Origin: Chlorokybus atmophyticus
Lineage: Eukaryota > Plantae > Mesostigma and Chlorokybus algae
DNA length: 64,000 nt
Reading direction: 5' to 3'
NCBI GenBank assembly: GCA_009103225.1
Contig: RHPI01001517.1
Coordinates: 198,505-262,504, forward strand
Shown here: in pieces, positions 48,724 through 62,454 of the stretch
Layout: each line of letters opens with the position of its first letter
Position numbering within the stretch: the stretch's first letter is position 1
Notes under the pieces: generated by a model
The model's database searches: none
Seen by the model: the letters and a program-made list of their open reading frames with translations, nothing else
Told to the model about the DNA's origin: nothing
Made by a program: the position numbers and the translations under genes

Positions 48724-50766
48724 ATGGCAGACAGCGAGGGGCGGGTATTAAAGTTCGTCACTGAGAAAGAGGTACACATGTACACACAATGTGGAGTTGT
48801 TCGCTGCTTGACTGCTCACATGTTCCTATACTGTTCTTGTACTTGCTTGTCTCCTTGCTTGATGCCTGTGCTGCTTGTTAAGTTGTTTGCTACAGGGCAT
48901 TTTGTTGCTTTCTTCTTTGCTTTACTGCTCATGTTTGCTCACTTGCTCAACCTGCCTGTGTGCTTGCTTGCTTGCTGGCGTGTTTGCTTGGCTGCGTGCC
49001 TGCGTGCTCGCTTGCATTGCTTGCTAGTTGATCGTCGCACGCCAATCCTAGCGAATGCCGCAAGATCCTCGCAGTGTGCTGTCGGTCAAGTATTGCTTTG
49101 GGTTTGAAACAGGAAGCAAAGGTGTTGCAAGCAAACAGTCGTGATCACGCTGTTCATTTTTCTTTTTCTTTTTCTTTTTGTTTTTCTTTCATCCGTACAT
49201 TGTAATCTGGTACCCAGTGATTCTTATTGCAACCTTTGCTAATCTTAAGCAAACAACTACACGAACATACCACATGAATTCCAGCTGACCACGCGCTTTT
49301 CTGCCTGCGACGTTGCTCTACAGCTCGAGCACCTGAAAGAGTCGCACGGCGCCCGGCCTGAAGACGGCACCGTCACAGTCACTAAACCCCTACATGAGGT
49401 AAACTTAACATCATCTATTTATCTAATCCTTATCAGCGTCATCAGCATCAACAGCATCATGGGCACGTTGATAGATGCAATGCAGCATGACAACATGTCG
49501 ACAGATTTTGAAAGAGAACAAAGACAAGAAAGACGCAGAGTTTGCTGAGAGGTTTAAGCACAGTAAGTGGCTTCTGCGTGCATGCGCTGCCCTTGCATCG
49601 CGGTGTCCTTGAAGGTTGTCAGTAATAATCCATGCAGGCTCTCTGCACTCTCGATGTAGACTTGTCACAGTTAACACAGACCCACTCATGCGTGGCAGAG
49701 CCACAGAAGGCGCTTGATGACGATGAGGTAGAGTTCTTGGATGAAGTGGAGAAGGTAACAAGTCAACAGTGCAGGACAATGTTGCCAAGCATGCAAAGCA
49801 CGACGTGAATGGGTTTTGCATACATACAAGTGCTGTCATGCAGTTGGCATTGGTCATTGGGTTCATGTTGCTCGCATGGCAGAGAAGGCGACAACAAGAA
49901 AAGCAATGGCGCGAGGATGAAGAGCGGCAGCTATCCGGGTTTCAGGTTACTCTACAAGTGCTAATCTGCAAAGCAAGTATTGTACTGTGCTACCTGTCCT
50001 CCCATTAACACCTGTTTGCTCATAGCCACAATTCCAGGACCTGCGGCATGAGTAGTCGTAAATAATAGTATGAGTGCAAGTTATACAGCATGTTGCAAAC
50101 AGATGACTGCTGTTGTACAGGCGGCTGTTTTCGAGATGTCGTATGCGGAGGAGGAGACACCGGCATTGCAGAAGCCAACAGACAATAAGGTATTCTGATC
50201 ATGTGGTGTTCATGTATCTCTGTATGCGTGCCCGATGTGCTCATGTGCTTGTGCGCATGTCTTTGTATATGTTATGCATACGGTTGGCATGCTTGTGCTC
50301 GTGTATACAAGGACACGTGTGCATGCTCAGTATGTGCAGGTGTGGTACTGCACGCGTGCGTGCAGTGACATCTTGCTGTGTCGCATGTTTGTACATATAT
50401 GTGTGCACTGTGTGCGCAAGCCAGAAGAGCTGCTCGTAACATCAACTCATGGTTTGGGAACTTTGGCAGCGGCCGCCAGCCAAAGAGCAGGTGCAACAGA
50501 CGAAGAAAAGGCCCTCACAGGCAACAATCATATCTCGGCTTGTGGTGCGCCCATCGTCAGCGAGGCAGTCCTTATCGGCCGATTCATCAACATCGGCTCA
50601 GCAACGCGCGGCTAACGTAACAAATAAGAAGGCCAGACTTGCCAATGAGGACAAGAATGAGCAGCAATCAGAGGAGAAAGTGAGGGGCGGGTTGGGCGGG
50701 CTTGTATCTTATGACAGCAGCGATGATGAAGATGAGGCTGATGATGACAGAGGAAATACCAGATGA
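48724..50766 (+). CDS. PSME3IP1: PSME3-interacting protein / NIP30 (FAM192A) homolog
   Basis: Exons MADSEGRVLKFVTEKE|LEHLKESHGARPEDGTV...KPLHE|ILKENKDKKDAEFAERFKH|..PQKALDDDEVEFLDEVEK; ends GGLVSYDSSDDED...*. Confidence 0.85.
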
Positions 50767-50825
50767 TGTGTGAGCGTCCAAGAGTAACACAACAGCTAGT
50801 AAGAAGGAGGCCAGCTCATGCAACC

Positions 50826-50826
50826 T

Positions 50827-50906
<80 letters not shown>

Positions 50907-51196
50907 NNNNNNNNNNNNNNNNNNNNNNNNNNNNNNNNNNNNNNNNNNNNNNNNNNNNNNNNNNNNNNNNNNNNNNNNNNNNNNNNNNNNNNNNNNNNNN
51001 NNNNNNNNNNNNNNNNNNNNNNNNNNNNNNNNNNNNNNNNNNNNNNNNNNNNNNNNNNNNNNNNNNNNNNNNNNNNNNNNNNNNNNNNNNNNNNNNNNNN
51101 NNNNNNNNNNNNNNNNNNNNNNNNNNNNNNNNNNNNNNNNNNNNNNNNNNNNNNNNNNNNNNNNNNNNNNNNNNNNNNNNNNNNNNNNNNNNNNNN

Positions 51197-51256
<60 letters not shown>
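50826..51256. repeat. (TG)n(AG)n compound microsatellite flanking an assembly gap
   Basis: TG run then AG run, N gap ~50907-51196, AG run resumes. Confidence 0.9.
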
Positions 51257-51258
<2 letters not shown>

Positions 51259-51565
51259 ACACGAGGGGTGCATGTTCAAACCTACGCACGCTATATTGCA
51301 AGAGGCTGTGGATGCCATGAGTATACACTATGATGACAACTGTAGCAAGGCCGCGTCCATGGTATAAAAAGCTTGCAAGTGATAATCACCAAGTTATACC
51401 ACAAAACACATTGATAATTTGAAACTCTCACTAGTTTTTGGTGTTGGAAAAATTTGCGTAGCACATCTTAATAGCCTTTCTGAGGTTGGGTTTTACAGCG
51501 ACGTGACTTCGCAATACGATGAGATTATTCCATAAACATGTTAATGTTGTATTAAGCAACGTATT

Positions 51566-54500
51566 CGTCGCAATATGTTTTCCCTGCCGGCCGACTAGAT
51601 ATTGGCAACGGCCGTGCACCTGAGGACGCTAATTTAGACTGTCGTGGCTTAGGCCACCTGTAATGATACAGGGACCTGATAGTAACTTTCGTTACTGTTA
51701 GGCCCTTTTTATTACAATTTAGTCTTTTACAGTTGACTATGCCTAACTAACAGGCGCCTGATAGTTACCTATCAGGCCTTAACAGGTGACTTTATATAAA
51801 TGACAGGCACCTGTTAGTCACACACCAGGCCTTAACAAATGACTATGTGTAATTTAAAGGCAACTGTTAGTTACACATCAGGCCTTATTATGTGACTACA
51901 ACCAATCAACGGGCACCTGTAAGTTACACATCAGTCTTACTTAGGTGACTCAGCCTATGTGACAGGCACCTGCAGGTTACACACCAGTCCAGCGCAGGCG
52001 ACTAAGCCTAATTCACAAGCACCAACTAGGTAATTATCGACAAAATAAAGCATTCTTTAACAACTGAAGGTGACCAATGCCTAACTGTCGTCATATGTAT
52101 TTGCATAGCTTGACTACACGCGACTGTCACTGACTTCCAGCATTGTTATGTGCCTGTGCTGTGTACATGTACCTGAAATGTGTACAATGTCTCTCAGTCA
52201 CTTGCCAAGGCTTGTAGTTCGATTATGTGACTCGAATGCAGTTCTGTTGTATATCATAGGGATGCAAGTATTGATGTGCATGAGCATAATGACGATTGAC
52301 GGAGCTGGTTTAAGATGCACAACACTCAGTCACAAGAGCCTTGTAGCTATGTACACTACCAGCTAAACGGACTACCAACTGCGCTACAGCTCCTCTCCAT
52401 CGTCGCTGGTCTCGTCATTACGGAACAAAGCACCACGCGCTGGGGCCTGTGGAGGAGACGCCGGAGCTTGCTCTTCCTCCTCAAACGGTTGTGCCAGCCA
52501 ATCAAATGCCGCTTCTGCCTCAGCGAGCGGGTCACGAGCTGCTGTCTCTTGCGGCCGGCGCCGATTGGGATCTTTCAGGTATTCGACACAAGATGCAGTG
52601 CGGCGTTTCACAAGGGTGAATGGCTGGAGGGCTGCGTACCGTTGCCTCATCTCCCGCTTCATTGACATGATCATGGTGTTGATTTCGCTGAGGTACTCTT
52701 CATGTGTGTCTATGCTGGCAGCTAGGAGAGGGTCTCCATCCTTGCCCTTTAGGATGCGCTCCACCTGCGTAGTTTACAGGCATGTCTTAGTGGCATCGAA
52801 AGCCACTATTCACTGCAACGCGTCTGCAAGCCTGTAGTTTGGGGCTACAGCATTCCTGAATTGCTAATGATGGAGTTCAGAGTGCTCACCGTAAGCAACA
52901 GGTATGCGAGGTGGTTGACTGTCAGCTGCCGGCGACCAGGTGTAGTGACGGCGTAAGACCAGCATTGCACGATCATTTGCCAGATTATGGGATTGCCCCA
53001 TTCATGGATGTATCTCCTCCGCTCCGGGTCTGCAGTGTCGGTCACCTCAAATCTCCGCCATGACTTGTCTGCGACAGTCATACCGACAAGGCATTAGTCA
53101 CGAAATAGATAGTTCAAGTTGAGCCTGCACCAGGCTAGAATAGTGCCTGTGACTTACTTTGGAGCGCGTTGCGCATCTGGGCTTTTTGGGTCTCGGGGTC
53201 CATTAGGGCGTCGATGTGCCTGATTGAATCGGTTACAATAGGCGAGATGAGTACGTGTGTATGGAGGCTGAGTAAGAAGGCAGTGTTGCATAGCAGACAT
53301 GGTGGTGAGGGACCCAACTCACTTGCGCTTGTTGCTGTTAAACAGTGTCCACTTGTACTCCTTCTCAAGGACATGCTTGACCTTGGTGACGTTCTCAGAC
53401 CGGACCTGCGTAGCTTTCTTCAGGGCGACACTCCAGTGGAAGGGGCACTCCTTGGGAGTCCAGTACACCTCATAGAACTTGGCCGCATCGGCCTCGTCAT
53501 CATGGTCGAAGCCAACTACCTGTCACGGGCAGGGTCAGTGTCACGGTGCAGTGCGGTCATGAAGCATTCACAGCACCTGACACATGACGTTACGAATAGT
53601 GTCCTCCTTGGGATAAACGTGGCTCTCTACCCAGTGGCCGTTTATGATTTCAACGACGGCATCTCGCAAATGCTGTCCACAGAAGAACAATCCGTTACAC
53701 ACATACACACAGTGTCACAGTGTCACACAGTGCTTACCTCGTTGCCAATCTTCCACTTGCTTGGTGAAGGGTTGCTGATGGCCGAGGTTGCCACGTCACG
53801 GCCAAATGCGTTTGGGTTGGGGGTTCCAATCGACCCTCTGCAAGCACAACCACATGAGTCATGCTGCCAGCCATGAAAGATGCAACCCTCACAGTTGCAA
53901 AAGAAGAACAACGTGCACAGTGTATCCACAACGCATGCAGTGAGTCACTGTGCTAGTCATGATAGAAGCAAGCATCCAAGTTAGAAGTTGAGCAAGAAGC
54001 AACGTGCACAGTGCATCAAGAACGCATGCAGTCTAGCTTGCCCTTGCGACTGCGGTGTCAGGTGGAGTTGTTGTGATGTGCTGGGCGTTAGCGCGGGGTC
54101 TTGCTGCGATTGGTTGGCGGCGGTTGCCTGGTTGAACACTGGGGGCAATGTGGACAACTGGCGCCGACCTCCACGACGAGGTGCACTTACGGATGGACCA
54201 CGAGGCATCTCTCCAACTGATAGTCGGGTGCCGCCTGTTTAGCTGTAAGTGGCGCTGCCGCCTCCAACGCTGCCGCCGCCGGATGGCCCGCCCGAATGTA
54301 TGAGGCGCGAAAACGAAAATGAGGCGGTTTTGAATGTCTAGAGTCCCGCACTAGAGTCGCACTTGTAGTGCGTCCTTGCTCCTATGGTTGATGGTACGAC
54401 TTATGCATTCGTGCCATGCATGCATTCGTACAACCATTGTTACCAATGGTTGTGTCGTAACATTTATGGTACGACAGAGGCATCTCTCGTCCAACCCCAG

Positions 54501-56686
54501 CGATTGCCGTACAATGGCTCTGTCGTACCATCCATGGTACGACAGAGGCATTGCTCGATCAGCCCAAATGGGAGTTAGCATGCACTCACCCAAACACGCT
54601 TCATTGATGGCCGGATGATGGCACGCAGGGGCACCAGGTCGATGACGGGTCGAATGTCAGGCTTGATGGGCCTGGGTTCGACTAGGAGGCGGAGGACCAG
54701 GAGTCGGAGGAGGCGGCGGCGGCGGCGGCGGCGTGGCACATCTTGCGAGAAGTTGTGGTCGTAAGAGTTCAAGCAGCGAAGCCAGCTACTACCGGTCGCC
54801 ACGTCATGGATCATGGCAGGCGTCAGCAATGGGGCTGTCCAACATGCATCACCAACATTGGACAACCAGCAGGCAAGCCATTAAAGACCATCTTCACACA
54901 GAGAGCTGCTTGGTGGCTCGCTTTCTGCAACAGGGAGTGGATCAGGAGCTGCAGTCCTTGGAGCCCCTTGTCAGAACCATGCGGGACCAGTTGCGGCTGT
55001 GGGAACAAGCACAAAGGAATGCAGAGGTACGCTCAACAGTCACATGCATTTCCTTGCAAGAGCAATTTGTTTTTTAGCGCAGTCCATGTGATATATGTAG
55101 CGTGGCTGCAGGCCTCCACTATTCACCCATACCCACCCTACAGTCAAGCCGACATTGCGGAAGCAAGAGCAGAGAGACAGAGCTGGGCGGCGGTATGTTG
55201 TTGCCAATCTCTCTGTGCATGTTGACTGCAATGTCGGCTCCAATGCATGCCTACCTTCGCATGCTGGGATGTGCGTGAGCGTGCGAAGTCGCGCGCGCGT
55301 GCGGAACGAAGTAGGCTGGGTTTGAGCACAGGAGCGCGTGGCCATTCGTCCGGCATTCAACCAATAGTGCATCAACCAGCAATGACGCAATTCATGCAAT
55401 CATTCGTGCATCAAGCAGCAATGCCGCAGGTGACTGTTCGAAGCAACCAACTGATAACGGTGTGACGCAGTTGACTATTGCAATTGCAGTGTCGCAAGCA
55501 TACAGCTAACCCACATGTGATTGGTTGACAGCACCACAGTGCACTAAGTCCTATTGGAGCTCCTATGCAAGCCTGGATTCAATCCCATCAACTGGTCCTT
55601 CAATCCCACTTGCTGATGGGCGCGGCGGCAATGCGGCATCAGTTTAACATGCATGTTGGCCTGTTGAGTCCCGACATGTCCATTGGGGCAGTGGCGCATG
55701 ATGTGCCCATGGCTCAAGAGCTCCGTGACGAGTCTGCCATCGAGGGTGGCGGGGAGAGTGCAGCCAATACCACCTTGTCAGCCCCCATGGCTTCCCCTGC
55801 TCCATGCAGCCCACGGGCCATTGAGGTAAGTCGCTGTCTTTTATGCTCGTGCCTTGGTAACAATGCGTCAGGCACTGCATAAGCTTATATTCGTCCTTTG
55901 CAACATTGTGAGTCATCTTATCCTGGGTCCTGTATACAGCCCCCCTTGCTGCATGCACAAGTGGTCTCACCTGCAGCTCCTGCTCCCCTTTCAGCCAGAG
56001 CGCAACCACCTTCCGCGGCACCAGTCCTTCGTGCACTGTCATCTCCTCCACGAGCAGCACCGGTGATTGCGGGGCAACAATCCTTCTTGCCGCCACCGGC
56101 GAGACCACAGCACAATGCAACAACCGATGTGGCTTCTGCACCTACCTTACCCCACCCGCTGCAAGTTGAAGCCGGCAGTCTGCCCCAAACTCAGGTACTT
56201 TATCAGTCACTGTGACTCTTGCCGTCCACAGTTGGACACACCATGTGAGTGCTGTATGCGCATGCAGCAGGGGTCACCACCTGCCAGCGAGTCATCAGAG
56301 GAGCTGGCCGCAACCCGCATACGGCCATCAGTCATGCTAGGTGGCCAGCTCGCCTCATGGGACCACTTCAATGCGCCAACGGATGGTAATTGCTTCTACC
56401 ATTGTGTATTTCGCGCTTGGCCATCCATAGCGCAAAGTGTCCTGGATGATCACAAGTGCCCCAGCTCGAGCAGATTTTGGGCCATACTGGACACCATGGA
56501 CGACGACGGCAGGGGGCACACTCTCCGCAAAATCACCGCCAAGGCTGTCGATGCAGGCGTGGCGAGCAGAATCCTAGACTTCTGCAGAGCCACTGGTGCC
56601 GCGGGAGAGATGGCGCAGTATTACGACAAACTGCCTGCGACCATGTTGGCTGATATCAACTGCAACATTGACCTAGCCCTGGCCAA
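51566..56686 (-). mobile_element. Second, inverted and truncated copy of the giant transposon (right ~5.1 kb)
   Basis: Reverse complement of ~22853-27976, near-identical with scattered substitutions and small indels. Begins with TIR CGTCGCAA at 51566. Homology stops within the OTU domain at ~56686, shortly before an N gap. Confidence 0.95.
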
Positions 56687-59181
56687 CCAACCATAAGTTA
56701 TGTTTGGTTACAATTATGAGAACTGTGACATATAGCAAATAATAGTTACATTGCCTAATTTTGTTGAACATTTCATTAGTACAGTGCAATGTTGGAGAAT
56801 GAGACAAGAAGGAGCTAGGTTACGCAATGTACTGTACCTGCCTCTACTAGGATCCCCATCCNNNNNNNNNNNNNNNNNNNNNNNNNNNNNNNNNNNNNNN
56901 NNNNNNNNNNNNNNNNNNNNNNNNNNNNNNNNNNNNNNNNNNNNNNNNNNNNNNNNNNNNNNNNNNNNNNNNNNNNNNNNNNNNNNNNNNNNNNNNNNNN
57001 NNNNNNNNNNNNNNNNNNNNNNNNNNNNNNNNNNNNNNNNNNNNNNNNNNNNNNNNNNNNNNNNNNNNNNNNNNNNNNNNNNNNNNNNNNNNNNNNNNNN
57101 NNNNNNNNNNNNNNNNNNNNNNNNNNNNNNNNNNNNNNNNNNNNNNNNNNNNNNNNNNNNNNNNNNNNNNNNNNNNNNNNNNNNNNNNNNNNNNNNNNNN
57201 NNNNNNNNNNNNNNNNNNNNNNNNNNNNNNNNNNNNNNNNNNNNNNNNNNNNNNNNNNNNNNNNNNNNNNNNNNNNNNNNNNNNNNNNNNNNNNNNNNNN
57301 NNNNNNNNNNNNNNNNNNNNNNNNNNNNNNNNNNNNNNNNNNNNNNNNNNNNNNNNNNNNNNNNNNNNNNNNNNNNNNNNNNNNNNNNNNNNNNNNNNNN
57401 NNNNNNNNNNNNNNNNNNNNNNNNNNNNNNNNNNNNNNNNNNNNNNNNNNNNNNNNNNNNNNNNNNNNNNNNNNNNNNNNNNNNNNNNNNNNNNNNNNNN
57501 NNNNNNNNNNNNNNNNNNNNNNNNNNNNNNNNNNNNNNNNNNNNNNNNNNNNNNNNNNNNNNNNNNNNNNNNNNNNNNNNNNNNNNNNNNNNNNNNNNNN
57601 NNNNNNNNNNNNNNNNNNNNNNNNNNNNNNNNNNNNNNNNNNNNNNNNNNNNNNNNNNNNNNNNNNNNNNNNNNNNNNNNNNNNNNNNNNNNNNNNNNNN
57701 NNNNNNNNNNNNNNNNNNNNNNNNNNNNNNNNNNNNNNNNNNNNNNNNNNNNNNNNNNNNNNNNNNNNNNNNNNNNNNNNNNNNNNNNNNNNNNNCCCTC
57801 CCTGCCCATTTCCCCGCTCCCCAAAACCATCATGTCTCATGGTTGATTGCGGCGGGACGAGAATGGCCAAGGTGTTGCGCTTGTTGTTGATGTTGCTATT
57901 GACGCTGTTGTTGTTGCCGTTGCCGTGCTAGTGTTGAAGTTGTTGTTAATGGGACAGGTTTGTAAGATTGAGACAGCACCTAGTTGCGTATCTTCATTGT
58001 CATCACTAATGTCTAGCATGCAGGTGTCTGTTGTTGCGAATGTTTTCGGCGCCTACTTTTCCTCATCGTCTTCACTTATGTTGCCTCAGACCGGAGAGGA
58101 GAGGGGTACATACAGAGAAGACGGGGAAGGTAAATATGAGGATTGTAGCATGGTCATATGAGAGAGCAGTTAGATGTTGAGCGCTTAATGTGGGAACTGT
58201 ACATTTCCCTTGCAGAGGAGGTTGAGAGTTTCTGTAAGGACAAGCATCCCGCGCACCGGTACCACGGCTTGCGCCACTACCGGCTTGCAGCAATGCGATT
58301 TCAATGGGATAAACGTGCAACGACCTTAAGCTTATTGAAGTTTGTGGCGGCCGGAGCAATATGGAGGCCATCCTTTTACAGCGATGATGTATTATGGCAC
58401 TGACTGAACTTACAACTTGCCGGTGCAGCAAGTTGTAGGCGGGCTTGCGCACACAGATTGCACATGCGCTGTGCAATGATTACAGAGCAAAGTGGCCGCA
58501 GCTGCTTCTCTTTTGTGCAAAAGTAAATAAGTCCGATTTGTTTACTCGCTGAGCATAATCTGTTATAGCTATTGGACTGCACATTTTTTTTGTCATGAGT
58601 TTCCTTGAAGAAGAATGCGCTGCTTGAAAAAGGTAGATCTGTTTGCAATTGCTTAATTAACCGTGTTATTCTAGCGTCACGGCAGCCTACAACAATTGTA
58701 ACAAATGTCACATGCACGGGATAAATGACAGCGGAGACTTGGATATGTGCCAACCAGCACATTGAATGCCATCAACGCAGCGCCGGCCCACTGCGACATC
58801 CACTAAACACATGCATTGCCTTAAGCTAACACGCCTCCCGGCAAGAACTTGTTGTAGCAAATGTTGGCTAGCAATTGATTTGCATCGTACCATGGGGTGC
58901 TTGTACACCAAACCTAAGATTTCTAATGACCAGAGTTTTAAATTAGAGTAGAATGTAAAACGTAAAAGGGAGGTAGCAGCGGATTATAAGTCAGTGGTGC
59001 ATTACAGACCAATTTGCAATAACAAATACATAATATGTCCCCAAGGTCCTGATGCGATTAAGTCATTTAAAACCCTAACCATTTTGGGGACGCCAGTTTA
59101 AGATGAACACCATACTCATTGGCTTCATGTGACCCTATTTGAATGCACATAACTACGATATGCTAGCTAAGCTAGAAGGAG

Positions 59182-59338
59182 CCGTATCCATCCGGAAAGA
59201 AGCCCCCATTTTTTCTCGAGGAGGGCCTTTAATAGAGCCTATTTTTTGCGCGTAAAACGACCTTATTAACGCAGCCCCCCACCCTTTTTTGCCAAAGGGG
59301 CTTGTAATAGAGGGGGGCTTCTATCCGGGTAAATATGG
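59182..59338. mobile_element. Small degenerate MITE-like element
   Basis: Imperfect TIR CCGTATCCATCCGGAAAGAAGCCCCC / GGGGGCTTCTATCCGGGTAAATATGG, followed by TA on the right side only. Confidence 0.45.
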
Positions 59339-60794
59339 TACACCACATGCAGCATAACTTCCACCAGATGCCCACATTGGCTGGTGCCGCTGCACAACCG
59401 TTGTGACAATAGTGGAGTTGACATCATGCGCACTCTTCCTGTCTGCCTTAACGGATGTAGGCAGCCTTGGCAACCGTCATGCCGCAGAATCTACTGTGAG
59501 GATTGCTGTCCATCCGCGTAATTGTACAAGAGCTGTATTCAAAGCTCTTCAACCAGCTTTGAAGCAGTGTGATGCGCGCGCTAGGTGTTGGTTCACTGTG
59601 AGTCATGCAAGAATTATGCAAGTCATCACGATGGCAGCAACAAAACATACGTAAGCCTAGATGGTGTGCTACATTGTGTTTGCGTGCATACAGGCGCCTC
59701 ACATCACTACTAGTACTATCATGTTGCCACACCACCATTGTTATTGGAAGCTGTGTGACGGTGCTGTGTCTCCCGCCACAGTACCGTCACACGCACGTGC
59801 GAGCGTAACGGCGTCACGCCGTGACGCGAAGCTATAAGTGCAAGCTTGCAGCTCAGCTTGTGCGCGCAAGCTGTCAGGGCGGCGGTGGCGGTGGAGGTGG
59901 AGGTGGAGGAGGAGGGGAAGATTAGGCTTTTGGTGCTCGGCGCTGCTGCTGAGCGGATTCATAGAAGGTGGTACATTTGTTGGTAAGTTCATGTTGCAGG
60001 CATGTGCATCGTGCATGCACTGCAGAGCATGCATACCTTTCGTCGTTGGACCAAGCAGAACGACGTGCCATGCTTGCTAACACGTGACTCAACCAACACA
60101 GTGCAACCAGCAGCATAAAACACATGCAGAGCAACGCAGTGTAGGCCACACATGGCAACAAGAGCCCCGGACGTGGTTGGCATGGTGTGTCGAGCAGAAT
60201 GCAAGCGCGCATGCAACTTTTACTTGCGCATGTGTGCTGAGGACGTGTGCAAAAGTGTTGCTATGCTTGCACTCATGTACGCATGCTTGTATGCATAATA
60301 AGGCTTCACGCTATGCGTCAGAGAGTCAGCAGGTACTACAGCTGCTGGCTCCTACTACGCACCACCTGCACAAACCCACTTGACCTACTCAGTAGGTGCA
60401 GATGGCACTAGAACTGCTACCAGCACAATAACAATGCTGCTCTTTGCTGGTACTTTCTCCTGTTTGTAGCAGAAAATCTGGTAATGCCACCACTACTACT
60501 GCTGCTGTTCGTCGTGCCGCCACGACAGCTATGCTTGCGCGCACACAGTCATAGCACCCTTGCCGCGTATGCCATCACTACTAGTAGTACGTGATCAGCT
60601 GCTAAGCTAGCAGTCTGAGCCGCACTGTGCACCACATTGCGTGCTCGCAACTACAGAGCTTCTTGTTGTTCAGTGTTCTTGCTGTATGCTTGTCGCTATG
60701 CAGCTTGAGCTCCACCAACCTCTGCTCGTCCTGAGTGAGAAGACAGATCAAGACAAGGCGGAGTGTCAGGAAGAGCAGGGAGGAGGGCATGCGC

Positions 60795-62454
60795 ATGGAT
60801 GCGTTACCCGGTGAGTTGCTGCGAGAGGTGCTCCCGTTTGCCCTGCGGAAACGACCTGGGACGCTGCGCCTGTGTCTGCCGTGGCTGGAGGCGCCTGCTG
60901 GAGGAGGAGGAGATTGACAATGACCTTGGGGAGGCAGAAAGGGTGGAGGAGGACTGGAAGGAGGAGCAGATTGACTAGGAGATACAGAAGGAGGAGAAGG
61001 AGTTGGCAGAGCTGGCGGAGTTGGAGGCGGAGGATTATGTATCCCAGGACTATTGCTCTTCCTCAGAGGAGGATACCGAGTGGGAGGAGGAGGACGAGAA
61101 AGTCACTCCCCCCCCAGTGGAGGATAGGGCCGAGGAGAAACTGTTGTGGAAGCGGATCTGCGTGAAGGAGTTCCCTGTCGCCATAAAGGTGCGCTTTAAA
61201 GCTGCTGATAGCAGGACGCACATTTCTCGTTGCTGCAAACCGGTCTGCATGCCTGCGCTGGCAGCTGCTTGCATAGCACGCATATGAGACGGTGCAATCA
61301 CTGAGTGGCTGGTTGCCTAGTGATTCGCTCATTGGCAGCGGCAGGTAGTCTGCTAGTCAACATATCGAGTGTTTGCTGTGGTTTTAGGCCAGCAGCTGCT
61401 GCTTTGAGATGCAATGTCCACAGTCAGAAACAGGTGCAGTACAAGCAGTCTCACTTTTGGCGACGCTTGTGTTTAGGTGCACAACAAGGTGGGCAGTTCA
61501 TACCGCAAGTTGTACACGCAGTACCGGCAGTCACGCCTATCAGCCATGCGAGACTCTCGCACTGAGTGCCCACAAGCCGATCGCACATCGGACGCTTACC
61601 TCTACTTGGTGCACGCTGAGGGCAACGGGAAGATTGTTTACTCCAATTACACACATTTGGTATGTTGTCGGTTGACTGGTCTGTCGTACGTCGTGCGTTA
61701 GCTTTGACACATGGCAGTACGAGTGCGTGGTGCAGTTCATGCACGTGATGCGCAATGGCAGAAGTCCATGCACATTTGAGAACGCACAACCGTACATGCA
61801 CATCTGATAAGGGGTAGTGTTGAGAGGCAGAGATTGAACCAGCACACATGAAAACACTAGCACTCGCAGCCATCTGGCAGTGGGGAAGGGGCGTTATGCG
61901 TGCACCACTGCATTCGCGTTGGAAATTGCTGATGGCTCTCCTGATGTTGCACACAGCTACACAGGCAGTGTAGCTTCAAAGGATGCCAGCTCGTCATGTA
62001 GCAAGTGACAACCGGAGGCGTGGCTAAGAACGTTCAAGCGTCGCCGTTTGTTATCCGTAAGAGTGACAGCAAGATGGCGTGTTTGACAACGACAACACGC
62101 ATGCACCATGTGGGCAAAGACCACTTGTCTCCATAGAGGCATAACGCAGACATGGAAGGCAACAACGTTGGGGCCTGGGAAGAGAGGGATTGGAAAGACA
62201 GTGATGACCTTGACGCGGCGTGTGTGACTTGGCGAGGCAACGGGATCGTGATAGGTGCGGATGTAGTGCGCGTGCATTTGTGGTTTGAGTTGGTAAAGCT
62301 GAAGAGTCGCTTGCAAATCGCGCACTGCGGCATGCGCAGCTATCGGCTTTACCATGTAGGAGCAGTTGCATATACAGACAACCCCCACGCTAAGGTACCG
62401 CCGAAGCAGCTGGCCAGCTTCCTTGACCGCACAAGCGATGCTGTGTGGTATTGA
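60795..62454 (+). pseudogene. F-box protein gene, apparently disrupted
   Basis: MDALPGELLREVL..., then a frameshift, then ...NDLGRCACVCRGWRRLL (F-box). An acidic tract has an in-frame TAG at 60976-78, then LLWKRICVKEFP. Downstream GT-AG exons continue to ~62454. Confidence 0.65.

Noticed and set aside
57796-59100. Possible transposon or gene fragment after the gap
   Set aside because: Short ORFs without recognisable motifs, and no match to the giant element's left end.
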